Below are positions 33,536 to 43,314 of a DNA stretch of 64,000 bases, piece after piece. Origin of the DNA: Alphaproteobacteria bacterium (GTDB taxonomy: Bacteria; Pseudomonadota; Alphaproteobacteria; UBA8366; GCA-2717185); contig JAKZTB010000106.1 of assembly GCA_047517345.1 (NCBI GenBank), positions 14,473 through 78,472 of the forward strand. The letters are read 5' to 3'. The notes under the pieces were generated by a model, which saw only the letters and a program-made list of their open reading frames with translations, was not told where the DNA came from and did no database searches. Positions within the stretch are counted from its first letter, which is position 1. The number at the start of each line of letters is the position of its first letter. A program made the translations under genes and the position numbers.

Positions 33536-34915
33536 TTAAGCCGCGAATGAGCGGTCTTGATCGGCGCGCAAGCGCCACAAATCTGAACTGTCCGGTGGTT
33601 CGATCATGTCGATGGTGACGACAGTCCCTGCCGGAACGTCCCGTGTCAGTGGACGTCCGGCCGCCAAGTAGTACGGCGCCGGGTTGCCGGAAACGGCTGC
33701 AGCGGATTCGACGAGCAAGGGTTCTAATCCGGCGACCTCGTGATGGTGATGATCGGTGATCATCAGCGTTTCGCCGGCCCGCCAATCGCGGTTCGTGCGG
33801 GCGACCAGGTCGACGACCGGCTTCGGTTCGGCGCCGCCGGTCGGGTGCCCCAGCAGAGCGGCGGATAGGATCGAAATCGGCGCTTCGACGCCCAGCAGAT
33901 GCGAGGGGTTGTAGAGCATCGCGTGGCTGCCCGACCGGCTGACGGGGATCCCTTTGCCGCGCAGGACCTCCCAGGTTTCCGGACTGTCGCAGCGCACGAC
34001 GACGAAGACGCCGCCGGCGAAGCTCTGCTCATCCGGGCGGCGCAGGCAGTTGAACACGTCTATGACGCCGGTATTGGACAGCAGCCCGCCCTCGGTGCGT
34101 GGCCGAAAGATGTCGGGCACCTCGACGGCGCGCGCGACGGGGACGTGGAATGATGGCGTGTCCGGCCGCAGCCCCGTGGCGTTCGCCACGATGCCCATCT
34201 CGCAGAGGTCCGGAACGGTACGTTGCGGCACCGCGGCCAATATCTCCGCCCGCGCCGCCAAGGTTGTTTCGACAGAGTCATCTTGAAGCGTCCAATATTC
34301 GTTTAGGCCGGGCGCTGCGTATTCGGTCGTCTACCAGGCCAGCGTTTCCGGGTCGAAGACGAAATCGTACTCGCTCGACTTGCCGGCGCAGACCACGTCG
34401 AGGCCGAGCAGCCGCGCCCATGTAAAGAGCCCGACTAATAAACTCGGTTGGTCACCTTCCACCAACGTGGCGACCAGGCCCGCGTCGCGTGCCTTGCGCG
34501 ACAGCAGCGGACCGATCACGGATTCCGCTTCCTTGGAGGCCAGGACGAGATGCTTGCCGTTTTCGATCGCGGCCTCGCCGCTGGAAGCAGCCGCTTCCGG
34601 GTTCCCGGTGGCTTCGACGATGACGTCGAGTGGCAGCTTCATCAGCAACGCCGCATCAGGGACCACGACCAGCGTTCCGGCTTCTAGCGCCCGATTTGCT
34701 TCGGCCTCGTTCTCGCACACCAAAACGTCGGTAATGCCGTTCGCGCGACAGGCGGCAAGGGCTTGATCCACATCGCGGTCGCAGATCGCCGGCAGGGACA
34801 GCAAGGGGATCGCGTTTGCCTGGGCGATCAGCGAGGCGCCGAACTGCCCGACGCCGATCAGGCCGGCGCGGACCACCCTGTCGCCGAAACCGGCGAAAAG
34901 CCTCTCGTAGTTCAT
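33536..34915 (-). pseudogene. NAD(P)-binding / SAF-domain oxidoreductase (COG4091-type 'predicted homoserine dehydrogenase') with one in-frame TAG
   Basis: Track ORFs 34331-35161 and 33536-34261 are in the same frame, separated only by the TAG at 34333-34331. Reading through gives ...YDFVFDPETLAW*TTEYAAPGLNEYWTLQDDSVETTLAARAEILAAVPQRTVPD... The N-terminus has a GLIGVGQFG Rossmann motif (ATG at 34915), and the C-terminus looks SAF-like. Confidence 0.75.
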
Positions 34916-35055
34916 GCAAGCCCCTCTTCGCCGGACGAACCGCACCACCATAACTGAATCGGCGCATGCAGGTAAGCCGCGCAGCGTGTCGATCTTGACC
35001 GCGCCGGTTCGTTCGGTGCCAACTGCTTTACCTTCGATTTCTGCCAGGCAATAGA

Positions 35056-35847
35056 ATGTCCGACGCGCGTGAAACGATAAATCCCGTCCCCGACTTCCGT
35101 CTCGACGGCCGTACAGCATTGGTATCCGGGGCCAGCCGTGGGTTAGGGGTCGGTATGGCAAAGGGGCTCGCGCAAGCCGGCGCCCGGGTCGTGCTGATGA
35201 GCCGAACCCGCTCCGAATTGGAATTGGTTGCGGCGGAAATCGGGGACGCTGGCGGGGACGCGGCGGTGTTGGTCTGCGACGTCACCGACACGGCAGCGGT
35301 CCGCAAGGCGATAGGCGATCTTCCGGCACTCGACATACTGGTGAACAATGCGGGCACCAATATTCCGCAGCCCTTCATCGATGTGGAAAGCGCCGCACTC
35401 GACACCATGCTGGAATTGAACGTGCGCGCCGCCTTCATCGTCGCCCAGGCGGCCGTGAACCGGATGTTGCAGGATTCGGATCGCGCGGCGCGCGGCGGCG
35501 CGGTGGTCAACATCTCGTCGCAGCTCGGAAGGGTCGCGCTGCGCGGCCGAAGTGTCTACACCATGACCAAGCACGCGGTCGAAGGGCTGACCAAATCCAT
35601 GGCAATCGAACTGGCGCCGCACCGTATCCGGGTCAATGCGGTCGGGCCGACCTGGGTCGAAACGCCGATGACCGGGCCCGCGCTCGCCGATCCGGACTTC
35701 CGGGCGGAGATCATCGGCAGCATCCCGATGGGGCATCTGGCGCAGATCGACGACATCGTCGGCGCCGTCGTCTTTCTGGCGTCGCCCGCGGCATCGATGA
35801 TCACGGGCGCGAGCCTGGTCGTCGACGGTGGCTGGACGGCGCGGTGA
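35056..35847 (+). CDS. SDR-family oxidoreductase (classical)
   Basis: 263 aa. Motifs: ALVSGASRGLG, NNAG, SVYTMTKHAV (YxxxK), VNAVGPTWVETPM. Confidence 0.9.
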   Translation: MSDARETINPVPDFRLDGRTALVSGASRGLGVGMAKGLAQAGARVVLMSRTRSELELVAAEIGDAGGDAAVLVCDVTDTAAVRKAIGDLPALDILVNNAGTNIPQPFIDVESAALDTMLELNVRAAFIVAQAAVNRMLQDSDRAARGGAVVNISSQLGRVALRGRSVYTMTKHAVEGLTKSMAIELAPHRIRVNAVGPTWVETPMTGPALADPDFRAEIIGSIPMGHLAQIDDIVGAVVFLASPAASMITGASLVVDGGWTAR

Positions 35848-35886
35848 GGACCGCGTGAAGGCGCCTGGTATAGCGCGGTCCGAAGC

Positions 35887-38235
35887 ATGACCTTCCAGGC
35901 GCCCATCGGGTCTCCGTTGCCGCGCGACCGCGCCAAGCGTTTGCTGGCCGGCCGGGGGCAATATGTCGACGACATCGAGCTGCCGCGCCTATTGCATCTG
36001 GCTTTCGTCCGGTCGCCCTATCCGCATGCGCGGGTCTTGGCGATAGATTCCGTCGAGGCCTCAGCCATGCCGGGCGTGACTCGTGTCGTGATCGCAAAAG
36101 ATTTGGCACATGTCGTGTCATCCTGGCGCGGAATCCACAATCTGTTTCCGGACATGAAGGCACCGGAACAGCATGTCCTTGCCGCCGATATCGCGCGCTG
36201 GCAGGGCGAGGCGGTCGCCGCGGTCGTCGCGCGCAGCCGCGCAGAGGCGGAAGATGCGGCGGAGCAGGTTGTTGTGGACTGGCAGGAACTGCCGGCCGTC
36301 AGCGATGCAGAATCGGCATTGAGCTCGGCGGCGCCGATCCACGAAACCTTGGGCGACAATCTCGCCTTTGCGACGGAGGTATCCCAAGGGGATACAGAGG
36401 CCGCGTTCGAGGCCGCGCGTCTTGTCGTCGAGCGCCAATTCCGTTTCAACCGGCACACCGGCGTCAGTCTGGAACCGCGCGGTGTGATCGCCGACTACGA
36501 TCCCGCATCGGACCGGCTGACCGTTCACCAATCGCATCAGACACCGCATCAGCAGCAGGACCTCTACGCCCACCTGCTCGATATCCCGGAGCAAAATGTG
36601 CGGGTGATCTGTCCCGATGTCGGCGGCGCGTTCGGGCTCAAGCATCATCTCTACCCGGACGAGCTGGCCGCCTGTGCGGTGTCGAAGCTGCTTGGCCGCC
36701 CGGTCAAATTCATCGCCGACCGGCTCGAATCCTTCCTGTCCGACATCCATTGCCGCGATCATTCGGTCGCCGCGCGTATGGCGTTCAGCGAGCAAGGCGA
36801 CATCGTCGGCCTGGACGTCGACGACCTGTTCCATGCCGGCGCGTATTCGCAATACCCGCGGTCCAGCATTGCCGAGGGCAACCAGATCATCCGGCTTTGT
36901 GGCGTCCCCTACCGGCACGGCCATTACCGCGCCGCGGTGCGCATGGCCTATCTCAACAAGTCGCTGCTGGGCCATATCCGCTCGGTCGGGCACCCCATCG
37001 CCTGCGCGGTGACCGAGCAGCTTATCGAGCTGGGTGCGAAACGGCTCGGTCTCGACGCGATCGCGCTGCGGCCGCGCGCCTATCTGCGCGACGAGGATTT
37101 CCCGATCACGTCGCCGGGCGGCATCGCGCTGGAGCGGTTGTCGTTCCACGGTTGTCTCGACCGCGCGCTGGAGCGCGTGGATGTGGACGCGTTCCGCACG
37201 GAACAGGCGCAGCTTCGCGAAGATGGCGTTTATCGCGGGATCGGCTTCGCGACCTTCGTCGACCTGACGGCTATAGGCCCCGAATATTACGGCGAAGGCG
37301 GGCAGCATATCAGCGCGCAGGAGACCTGCATCCTGCGCCTCGAAGCGTCCGGCGGCATCCGTTGCTATACCGGCGCGACCGATCAGGGGCAGGGCATCGA
37401 CAGCGGCATCCAGCAGGTCGTGGCGGGGATCGTCGGCGTGTCCGTGGATGACGTCAAGGTGAACAGCGGCGACAGCGAAATGTGTCCGGTCGGCGGCGGA
37501 TCGTGGGGCTCGCGCGGCGCGGCGCTCGCCGGCGAGGCGGCATTGCGGGCGGGCCGTGAACTGCGGCAGAACATCCTCAATATTGCCGGTGTCCTGCTGC
37601 AGAAATCCGCGGAATCGCTGGATATTCGCGAAGGCGCGGTGGTCGATGCGCAAAGCGGCGCGGCGCATATGACGCTCGACGAGGTCGCCTCGGTCGGCCA
37701 TTTCAAGCCCTAAATAGTTCCCGACGGCGTGTCGGCCGACCTGACCGTCACGGGCCGGTATGCGAGCCGAGACAGGATGTTCCTGCCGGCGAACGGACTG
37801 CATGTCGCGATCGTCGAGGTCGATACGGATACCGGGCTGGTGGCCTTCCGGCGCTATCTCGTTGTGCACGATTGCGGGCGGCTGCTCAATCCCCTGCTGG
37901 TCGAGGAGCAGATCCGCGGCGGCGTGGTGCAGGGGATCGGCGGCGCGCTGTACGAGGAATTCCTCTACGATGGCGCCGGGTATCTGCGCAACGGGACGCT
38001 GGCGGACTATCTGGTGCCGATGGCGGCGGAAATGCCGGATATCGAGGTCGAGCATCTCGAAACGCCGACCGCAACCTCGGAGCTGGGTGCGAAGGGCGCG
38101 GGCGAGGCCGGCACGACCGGCGCCATGGGCGCGGTGCTGAACGCGGTCAACGATGCGCTTTCGCTCTTCGATGTTACGCTGAGCGAAGTGCCGCTAACGC
38201 CGCCACGGATATTGCATGCCCTCGGCAAGGTCTGA
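35887..38235 (+). pseudogene. Xanthine dehydrogenase family molybdopterin-binding large subunit (paralog 3) with one in-frame TAA
   Basis: Track ORFs 35887-37713 and 37729-38235 share a frame, and the only interruption is the TAA at 37711-37713. Read-through gives ...DEVASVGHFKP*IVPDGVSADLTVTGRY... The C-terminal part carries NPLLVEEQIRGGVVQGIGGALYEE and GAKGAGEAGTTGAMGAVLNAVNDAL. Confidence 0.8.
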
Positions 38236-38259
38236 CGGCGGGTTAGGAAAGGAGACACC

Positions 38260-39183
38260 ATGAAAATTGCGGTTCCAGATCTGATTTCGAATTCCTACTT
38301 CCCGGCGGTCGCCGCCGTGGAACTGGGTTTTTTCCGCGAGGAGGGGCTCGACTTGGAACTCATTCACTATTTCCCCGTCAACAAATGCTGCGAATTGATG
38401 CGCGACGGAGAATTCGATCTGGTGGCCGGCTCGGCGCACAGCGCCCTGGCCGCCTATCCGAACTGGGAGGGCGCGAAGCTGCTGGCGACACTGGCGCAGG
38501 GCATGTACTGGCTGTTGGTGGTGCGCAGCGACCTCGACGCCGAACGCGGCGATATCGACGCGGTGAAGGGGCTGTACATTGCCGCCGCACCCTTCGTGGA
38601 ACTCGGCCTGAAGCGTCTGCTGGCGGAAGCCGGCATCGATCTCGAACGCGACAAGGTCAAGGTCGCGCCGGCGCCGGGCAATATCACGCCCGGCGTGTCG
38701 TTCGGCGTCGCCGCCGCGAACTCGCTGGCCAAGGGCGAGGTCGACGCCTTCTGGGCTAACGGCATGGGGGCGGAAACCGCCGTCCGCGCCGGGGCCGGCA
38801 AGGTGCTGATCGACATCCGCCGCGGCGACGAGCCCACGAAGGCCTTCAATTACACCTGTCCGGCGCTGATCGGCAGCGACGCGCTGATCGCGCGCGACCC
38901 GGACGCGGCGGCGGCGGCCGTGCGCGCCATCGTCAAGACGCAACAGGCGATCAAAGAGGACCTCTCATTGGCCACAAAAGTGGGCGAGAAGCTGTTTCCG
39001 GCGGACGGCGCGGCGATGATCGCCGATGTGGTGGCGCGGGATTTGCCGTACTACGATGCGTCGATCTCGGAAGAGTTCGTGCTGGGCATGAACCGGTTCA
39101 TGACCGACCTCGGCTGGCTCGACGGGCCGGTGCCCTACGAGAAGGTCGTCGCGACACAGTTCAGCGAATTGTGGAAGGTTTGA
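38260..39183 (+). CDS. NMT1/THI5-like (ABC substrate-binding-fold) protein without a signal peptide
   Basis: 307 aa. It begins MKIAVPDLISNSYFPAVAAVELGFFREEGLDLEL, with no hydrophobic leader. It has a periplasmic-binding-protein type-2 pattern, and no permease or ATPase genes are adjacent. Confidence 0.7.
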   Translation: MKIAVPDLISNSYFPAVAAVELGFFREEGLDLELIHYFPVNKCCELMRDGEFDLVAGSAHSALAAYPNWEGAKLLATLAQGMYWLLVVRSDLDAERGDIDAVKGLYIAAAPFVELGLKRLLAEAGIDLERDKVKVAPAPGNITPGVSFGVAAANSLAKGEVDAFWANGMGAETAVRAGAGKVLIDIRRGDEPTKAFNYTCPALIGSDALIARDPDAAAAAVRAIVKTQQAIKEDLSLATKVGEKLFPADGAAMIADVVARDLPYYDASISEEFVLGMNRFMTDLGWLDGPVPYEKVVATQFSELWKV

Positions 39184-39184
39184 G

Positions 39185-39877
39185 ATGGCGAACCGGCTGG
39201 AATTGACCTTCGTTTCAGGCGACTCCGCGCCCACCGAAACCGTCACGGTCACCGACCTGATCATCGGCGGCTGGACGGGACGCGATAAGGCGAAGCTCGA
39301 AGAGCATATCGTCGAATTGGCGGCGATCGGCGTCGCGCGGCCGGTGTCGACGCCCTGCTTCTATCGCGTCGGGGCGAATCTGCTGACGACGGCGTCGAAA
39401 ATACAGACCGTCGGCGCGGGTAGCAGCGGCGAGGCGGAGTATTGTCTGCTGAAACGCGACGACGGTTATTGGGTCGGGCTCGGCTCGGACCATACCGACC
39501 GCGAAGTCGAGGCCTACAACGTGTCGGTATCGAAGCAGTGCTGTCCCAAACCGATCGCGTCCACCCTGTGGCGGCACGAAGATCTGCGCGATCACTGGGA
39601 CGAACTGGTGCTGCGCTCCTATCGGGTCGACGGCGGCGAGAAGCTGCTGTATCAGGAAGGCACGGTCGCTTCGATGATCGACCCGCGGGACCTCGCCGGA
39701 CAGTACGCGTTGGAGTACGCGCCGCTGGCGCCAGGGCAGGCGATGTTCGGCGGCACCCTGCCGGTCATCGGCGATCTCACCGGCGCGCCGCGTTTCGAAC
39801 TCGAACTGGAAGACCCCGTGCTGGGCCGCAAGATTGCGCACGCGTACGACATATCGAACCTACCGAACATCGGATAG
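39185..39877 (+). CDS. DUF2848-family protein (FAH-related fold, function unknown)
   Basis: 230 aa, starting 2 nt after the previous stop. LIIGGWTGRDKAKLEEHIVELAAIGVARPVSTPCFYRV matches my recollection of DUF2848 N-termini. Confidence 0.6.
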   Translation: MANRLELTFVSGDSAPTETVTVTDLIIGGWTGRDKAKLEEHIVELAAIGVARPVSTPCFYRVGANLLTTASKIQTVGAGSSGEAEYCLLKRDDGYWVGLGSDHTDREVEAYNVSVSKQCCPKPIASTLWRHEDLRDHWDELVLRSYRVDGGEKLLYQEGTVASMIDPRDLAGQYALEYAPLAPGQAMFGGTLPVIGDLTGAPRFELELEDPVLGRKIAHAYDISNLPNIG

Positions 39878-39888
39878 AGGCTAATCCT

Positions 39889-40272
39889 ATGGGCAAACCG
39901 CATATCGAATTCACCGCGCTGAACATGGACGAGGGCTGGGAGGTGCCGCCGGGCTATCCGGAGGGCATCAAGCAGAAGGTGCTGACCTCCGATCTGGACG
40001 AAACGGCCAAGACCGGCAGCCGGTCACGCTTGCTGCGTTTCGACCCCGGCGCCTATTCGACCGAACCCTTTGTGCACGATCATTGGGAGGAGGTGTATCT
40101 GGTCAACGGCACGCTGACCGTTGGTAACGATGCGCAAGGCGCGGGCGGCGAACCGTTCGACGCGCCGACCTACGCCTGCCGTCCGCCGGGCGCTTTCCAT
40201 GGTCCCTTCAAATCGGCAGGCGGTTGCTTGCTTTTCGAGCTGCACTATTACGCGCCGACGGAAGACTCTTAG
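39889..40272 (+). CDS. Small cupin-domain protein
   Basis: 127 aa from the ATG at 39889. FVHDHWEEVYLVNGTL is a cupin motif-1-like HxH..E pattern. The upstream part of the 276-aa track ORF is rejected. Confidence 0.7.
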   Translation: MGKPHIEFTALNMDEGWEVPPGYPEGIKQKVLTSDLDETAKTGSRSRLLRFDPGAYSTEPFVHDHWEEVYLVNGTLTVGNDAQGAGGEPFDAPTYACRPPGAFHGPFKSAGGCLLFELHYYAPTEDS

Positions 40273-40763
40273 GCGAGTTGGCGGTATTGGCCCTTGTAGA
40301 AGAGCAAGGGCGGTTCGTCGCCTCCGAACTCCACATTGTCGACCTTGGCGACGACGATATAGTGGTCGCCGCATTCATATTGCGCGTGTTTTGTGCACAG
40401 TAGCACCCCGTGATTGGGCTCGATGATCGGCGCCGCGTTGGCGCCTTCCCGGTAAGAAACGCCGCGCCATTTGTCCAAGCCGGTTTTGGCGAATTGGTTT
40501 GAAAGCTCTTCCTGATCCGCGCGCAGCAAATTCAGCGCAAAGTGTTCGGTCTTCAGTAGTGTCTCGAATTCGGACAGCGAATCCGCGATACAGAAGGACA
40601 CCAACGGCGGATCGAGCGATACGGATGAAAAGGAATTCATCGTCACGCCGATCAACCCTTCGCTGCCGCCACTGCAGGTCATGACCATCACGCCGGTCGC
40701 GAAGCTGCCGACCGCATCGCGGAACGCCCGTTGGTCGAATTGTGAGTCTTCCGCGCTGGCCAT
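40269..40763 (-). CDS. Flavin reductase (HpaC/NtaB-like, FMN-binding split barrel)
   Basis: FRDAVGSFATGVMVMT...GVTMNSFSSVSLDPPLVSF is the canonical flavin-reductase-domain motif. The start is 40763 (or 40838). 4-nt convergent overlap with the cupin gene. Confidence 0.8.
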   Translation of the reverse strand: MASAEDSQFDQRAFRDAVGSFATGVMVMTCSGGSEGLIGVTMNSFSSVSLDPPLVSFCIADSLSEFETLLKTEHFALNLLRADQEELSNQFAKTGLDKWRGVSYREGANAAPIIEPNHGVLLCTKHAQYECGDHYIVVAKVDNVEFGGDEPPLLFYKGQYRQLA

Positions 40764-40815
40764 GGATTGTAGGAATCCCTGAATTGGCGATTCGGCTGCT
40801 ACTATAGCCACCGGC

Positions 40816-40835
40816 CCGGCATTGCCAAATGCCGG
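40816..40835. promoter_or_regulatory. Perfect palindrome in the divergent flavin-reductase / HpaB-like promoter region
   Basis: CCGGCATT-GCCA-AATGCCGG (8-bp arms). A second small palindrome, GGATT-GTAGG-AATCC, lies at 40764-40778. Confidence 0.35.
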
Positions 40836-40865
40836 CACGCGTTCCGAACGGTGAAAAGGCGAAGT

Positions 40866-42380
40866 ATGTCGATATCGCTAAAGGACGATCGGTTCCCCGG
40901 GGGCCTGCGGACCGGCGCGCAGTATCTCGACGCGCTGCGCGAAGACGGGCGACGAGTTTTCGTCGACGGCGAGGAAGTCCGGGACGTCACTTCGCACCCG
41001 GCCTTCGCCGAGCCGGCCCGGACTATTGCGGGCCTGTTCGACATCGCGTGCGACCCGGAGAACCGGGAGCTGATGACCTACACCTCGCCGACCTCCGGCG
41101 CGCCGGTCAACCGCATCTGGCAGATGCCGGACTCGATCGAGGCGCTGCAGCAGCGCCGCGCCGCGATCGAGCGCTGGTCGGAGGAAAGCCTCGGCTATAT
41201 GGGCCGCACGCCCGACCATGTCGCGGGTTTCTTCGTCGGTTTCGCGGCTGAACCGCAGGTGCTGGCGCGCGACGGCAACGATCAATTCGCCGCGAACGCG
41301 GTGCGTATCTACGAGTGGCTGCGCGACAACGACGTCTACATCACCTACACCATCGTGCCGCCGCAGATCGACCGCTCCAAACCGGCGCATCAGCAGGACC
41401 CACCGGACCTCTATTGCGGCGTGGTCAAGGAGCGTGACGACGGCGTGGTGATCCGCGGCGCGCAGATGCTCGGCACCGGTTCAGTCTTTTCCGACTATGT
41501 GCATCAGAGCACGATCCATCCGATGCGGCCGGGCGACGAGAATCACGCCATATCGCTGATTGTGCCGTGCAACGCGCCGGGGGTGAAGATCCACTCGCGG
41601 CGCTCCTATGCCCGCGCCGCCTCCAGCATGTACGACTATCCGCTGGCGACCCGCTTCGACGAGACCGACTCGCTGGTCGTCTACGACGACGTGTTCGTGC
41701 CGTGGGAGCATATCTTCGTTTACAAGAATCTGGATATCTGCCGCGACCAGTGGTTCGAAACGCCGGCTCATATCCTGGGCAACAACCAGGCGCAGATCCG
41801 TTTCATCACCAAGCTGCGTTTCCTGACGGGCCTGGCGCAGCGCATCACCAAGATGAACGGCATCAACGCGATGCCGCCCGTGCAAGGCCAGATCGCCGAT
41901 ATTGCGGTGCAGGCGGCGATGTATAAGGGCCTGATGGACGGCCAGATTGCCAAGGCGGCACCCAACCAAAACGGCGTCTACGTGCCGGACCCGCAGACCC
42001 ATTACGCCGCCATGGTCCTGCAGTCGCGCCTCTATCCCGAGGTGCTGGAGATGCTGCGCGAACTGACCGGCGGCGGCATGATCCAGCTGCCGTCGAACGT
42101 CGCCGATTTCGACTTGGCCGAAGCGGGCGACGACATCCGCCGCTACGTGCAGTCGCCCGGCTGGCCGGCGGAGGAACGGGTGAAACTGCTCAAGCTGGCC
42201 TGGGACGCGGTCGGCTCCGAATTCGCCAGCCGCCACGCCCAGTACGAAAAGTTCTACGCCGGCGCACCGTTCATCGTGAAGAACCGCTTCCTGTGGAACT
42301 ACGATTTCGACACCGGCGAGGCGCTCGTCGACAAGGCGCTGTCGGGGTACGGCATGAAGGGGCGGGTGGAAGAAAATTGA
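40866..42380 (+). CDS. 4-hydroxyphenylacetate 3-monooxygenase oxygenase-component (HpaB) family, FADH2/FMNH2-dependent
   Basis: GAQYLDALREDGRRVFVDGEEVRDVTSHPAFAEPARTIAGLFD aligns with the HpaB N-terminus as I recall it. About 500 aa. The start is the ATG at 40866 (the track uses the GTG at 40851). Confidence 0.85.
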   Translation: MSISLKDDRFPGGLRTGAQYLDALREDGRRVFVDGEEVRDVTSHPAFAEPARTIAGLFDIACDPENRELMTYTSPTSGAPVNRIWQMPDSIEALQQRRAAIERWSEESLGYMGRTPDHVAGFFVGFAAEPQVLARDGNDQFAANAVRIYEWLRDNDVYITYTIVPPQIDRSKPAHQQDPPDLYCGVVKERDDGVVIRGAQMLGTGSVFSDYVHQSTIHPMRPGDENHAISLIVPCNAPGVKIHSRRSYARAASSMYDYPLATRFDETDSLVVYDDVFVPWEHIFVYKNLDICRDQWFETPAHILGNNQAQIRFITKLRFLTGLAQRITKMNGINAMPPVQGQIADIAVQAAMYKGLMDGQIAKAAPNQNGVYVPDPQTHYAAMVLQSRLYPEVLEMLRELTGGGMIQLPSNVADFDLAEAGDDIRRYVQSPGWPAEERVKLLKLAWDAVGSEFASRHAQYEKFYAGAPFIVKNRFLWNYDFDTGEALVDKALSGYGMKGRVEEN

Positions 42381-42405
42381 TGGCGACGGAAACAGGGAGA
42401 AGATC

Positions 42406-43302
42406 ATGAAAGCCGGCTGGGGCATTCCCAACAATTACGGCGGCGAGAACCCGAACGAGTTGATCGAGATCGCGGTGAAGGCGGAGGCGTTGGGGTTCGG
42501 CAGCGTCTGGGTACGCGAGCATTTGTTCCACGCGACCTATGTCGCGGAACGGCTCGGTGACAAGCCCTATTACGATGCGCTGACGATCCTGATCGCCATC
42601 GGCGCGGCGACGAAGACGGTGCGGCTCGGCACCTCCGTCCTGGTGCTGCCTTGGCACGATCCTGCGCGGCTCGGCAAGATGATCGCGACCTTGGACCAGC
42701 TTTCCGGCGGGCGCGTCAATTTCGGCATCGGCGTGGCGATGACCCGCGACGAGTTCGAAAATCTGGGCGTCGACTTCACGACGCGCGGCCGGCGCACGGA
42801 TGAGGTCCTGGGCGCGCTGCAGGCATTGTGGACCCAGAACGTGCCGGAATTTGCCGGTAAATTCTACAGTTACAGCGGCTTGCGGTTCGCGCCGAAGCCC
42901 TTGCAGAAACCCTACCCGCCGATCCTGGTCGGCGGGTACAGTAAGGCCGCCTTCCGCCGCATCGCGCGGTTCGGCGACGGCTGGCACACGCTTAGACAAT
43001 CGCCGAAGCAGGTCGTCGAAGGCCGGAGCGAAATCGTCCGACTGACCGAGGAAGCGGGCCGCGATGCGTCGGACCTGCGCTACGCCATCACCCTGCCGCT
43101 CGACTTCTCCGGCAAGGCGCCGGACCCCTCGGTCGAGGACCGCACGATCCTGCGCGGCACCGACGACGACATGGCCGAAACGATCCGCGCCTATGGGGAG
43201 GCCGGGCTGGACGAGATCATCGTCAGCGTCAGCACGCCCTACCTGGCCGAGAACAGGGATGCTATGGCGCATTTCATGGAAGGGGTCTGGCCGAAGCTGT
43301 GA
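42406..43302 (+). CDS. Luciferase-like (LLM class) flavin/F420-dependent oxidoreductase
   Basis: 298 aa. Motifs: LGFGSVWVREHLF, RLGTSVLVLPWHDP, SGGRVNFGIGV, PPILVGG. Confidence 0.85.
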   Translation: MKAGWGIPNNYGGENPNELIEIAVKAEALGFGSVWVREHLFHATYVAERLGDKPYYDALTILIAIGAATKTVRLGTSVLVLPWHDPARLGKMIATLDQLSGGRVNFGIGVAMTRDEFENLGVDFTTRGRRTDEVLGALQALWTQNVPEFAGKFYSYSGLRFAPKPLQKPYPPILVGGYSKAAFRRIARFGDGWHTLRQSPKQVVEGRSEIVRLTEEAGRDASDLRYAITLPLDFSGKAPDPSVEDRTILRGTDDDMAETIRAYGEAGLDEIIVSVSTPYLAENRDAMAHFMEGVWPKL

Positions 43303-43314
43303 GGGCGCGGCCGT

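Noticed and set aside
34916-35055. Long-range inverted repeat CCGGACGAACCG / CGGTTCGTTCGG in the SAF-oxidoreductase/SDR divergent region
   Set aside because: Imperfect, with arms about 60 nt apart. It is plausible as a regulator site but indistinguishable from chance in GC-rich DNA without comparative data.
33536-38235. Stop-codon reassignment, pyrrolysine or selenocysteine as an explanation for the in-frame TAG and TAA
   Set aside because: TAA and TAG terminate many neighbouring well-defined genes at family-typical lengths. No pyl genes or SECIS-like context are seen, and selenocysteine uses TGA. Nonsense mutation or base-call error is more parsimonious.
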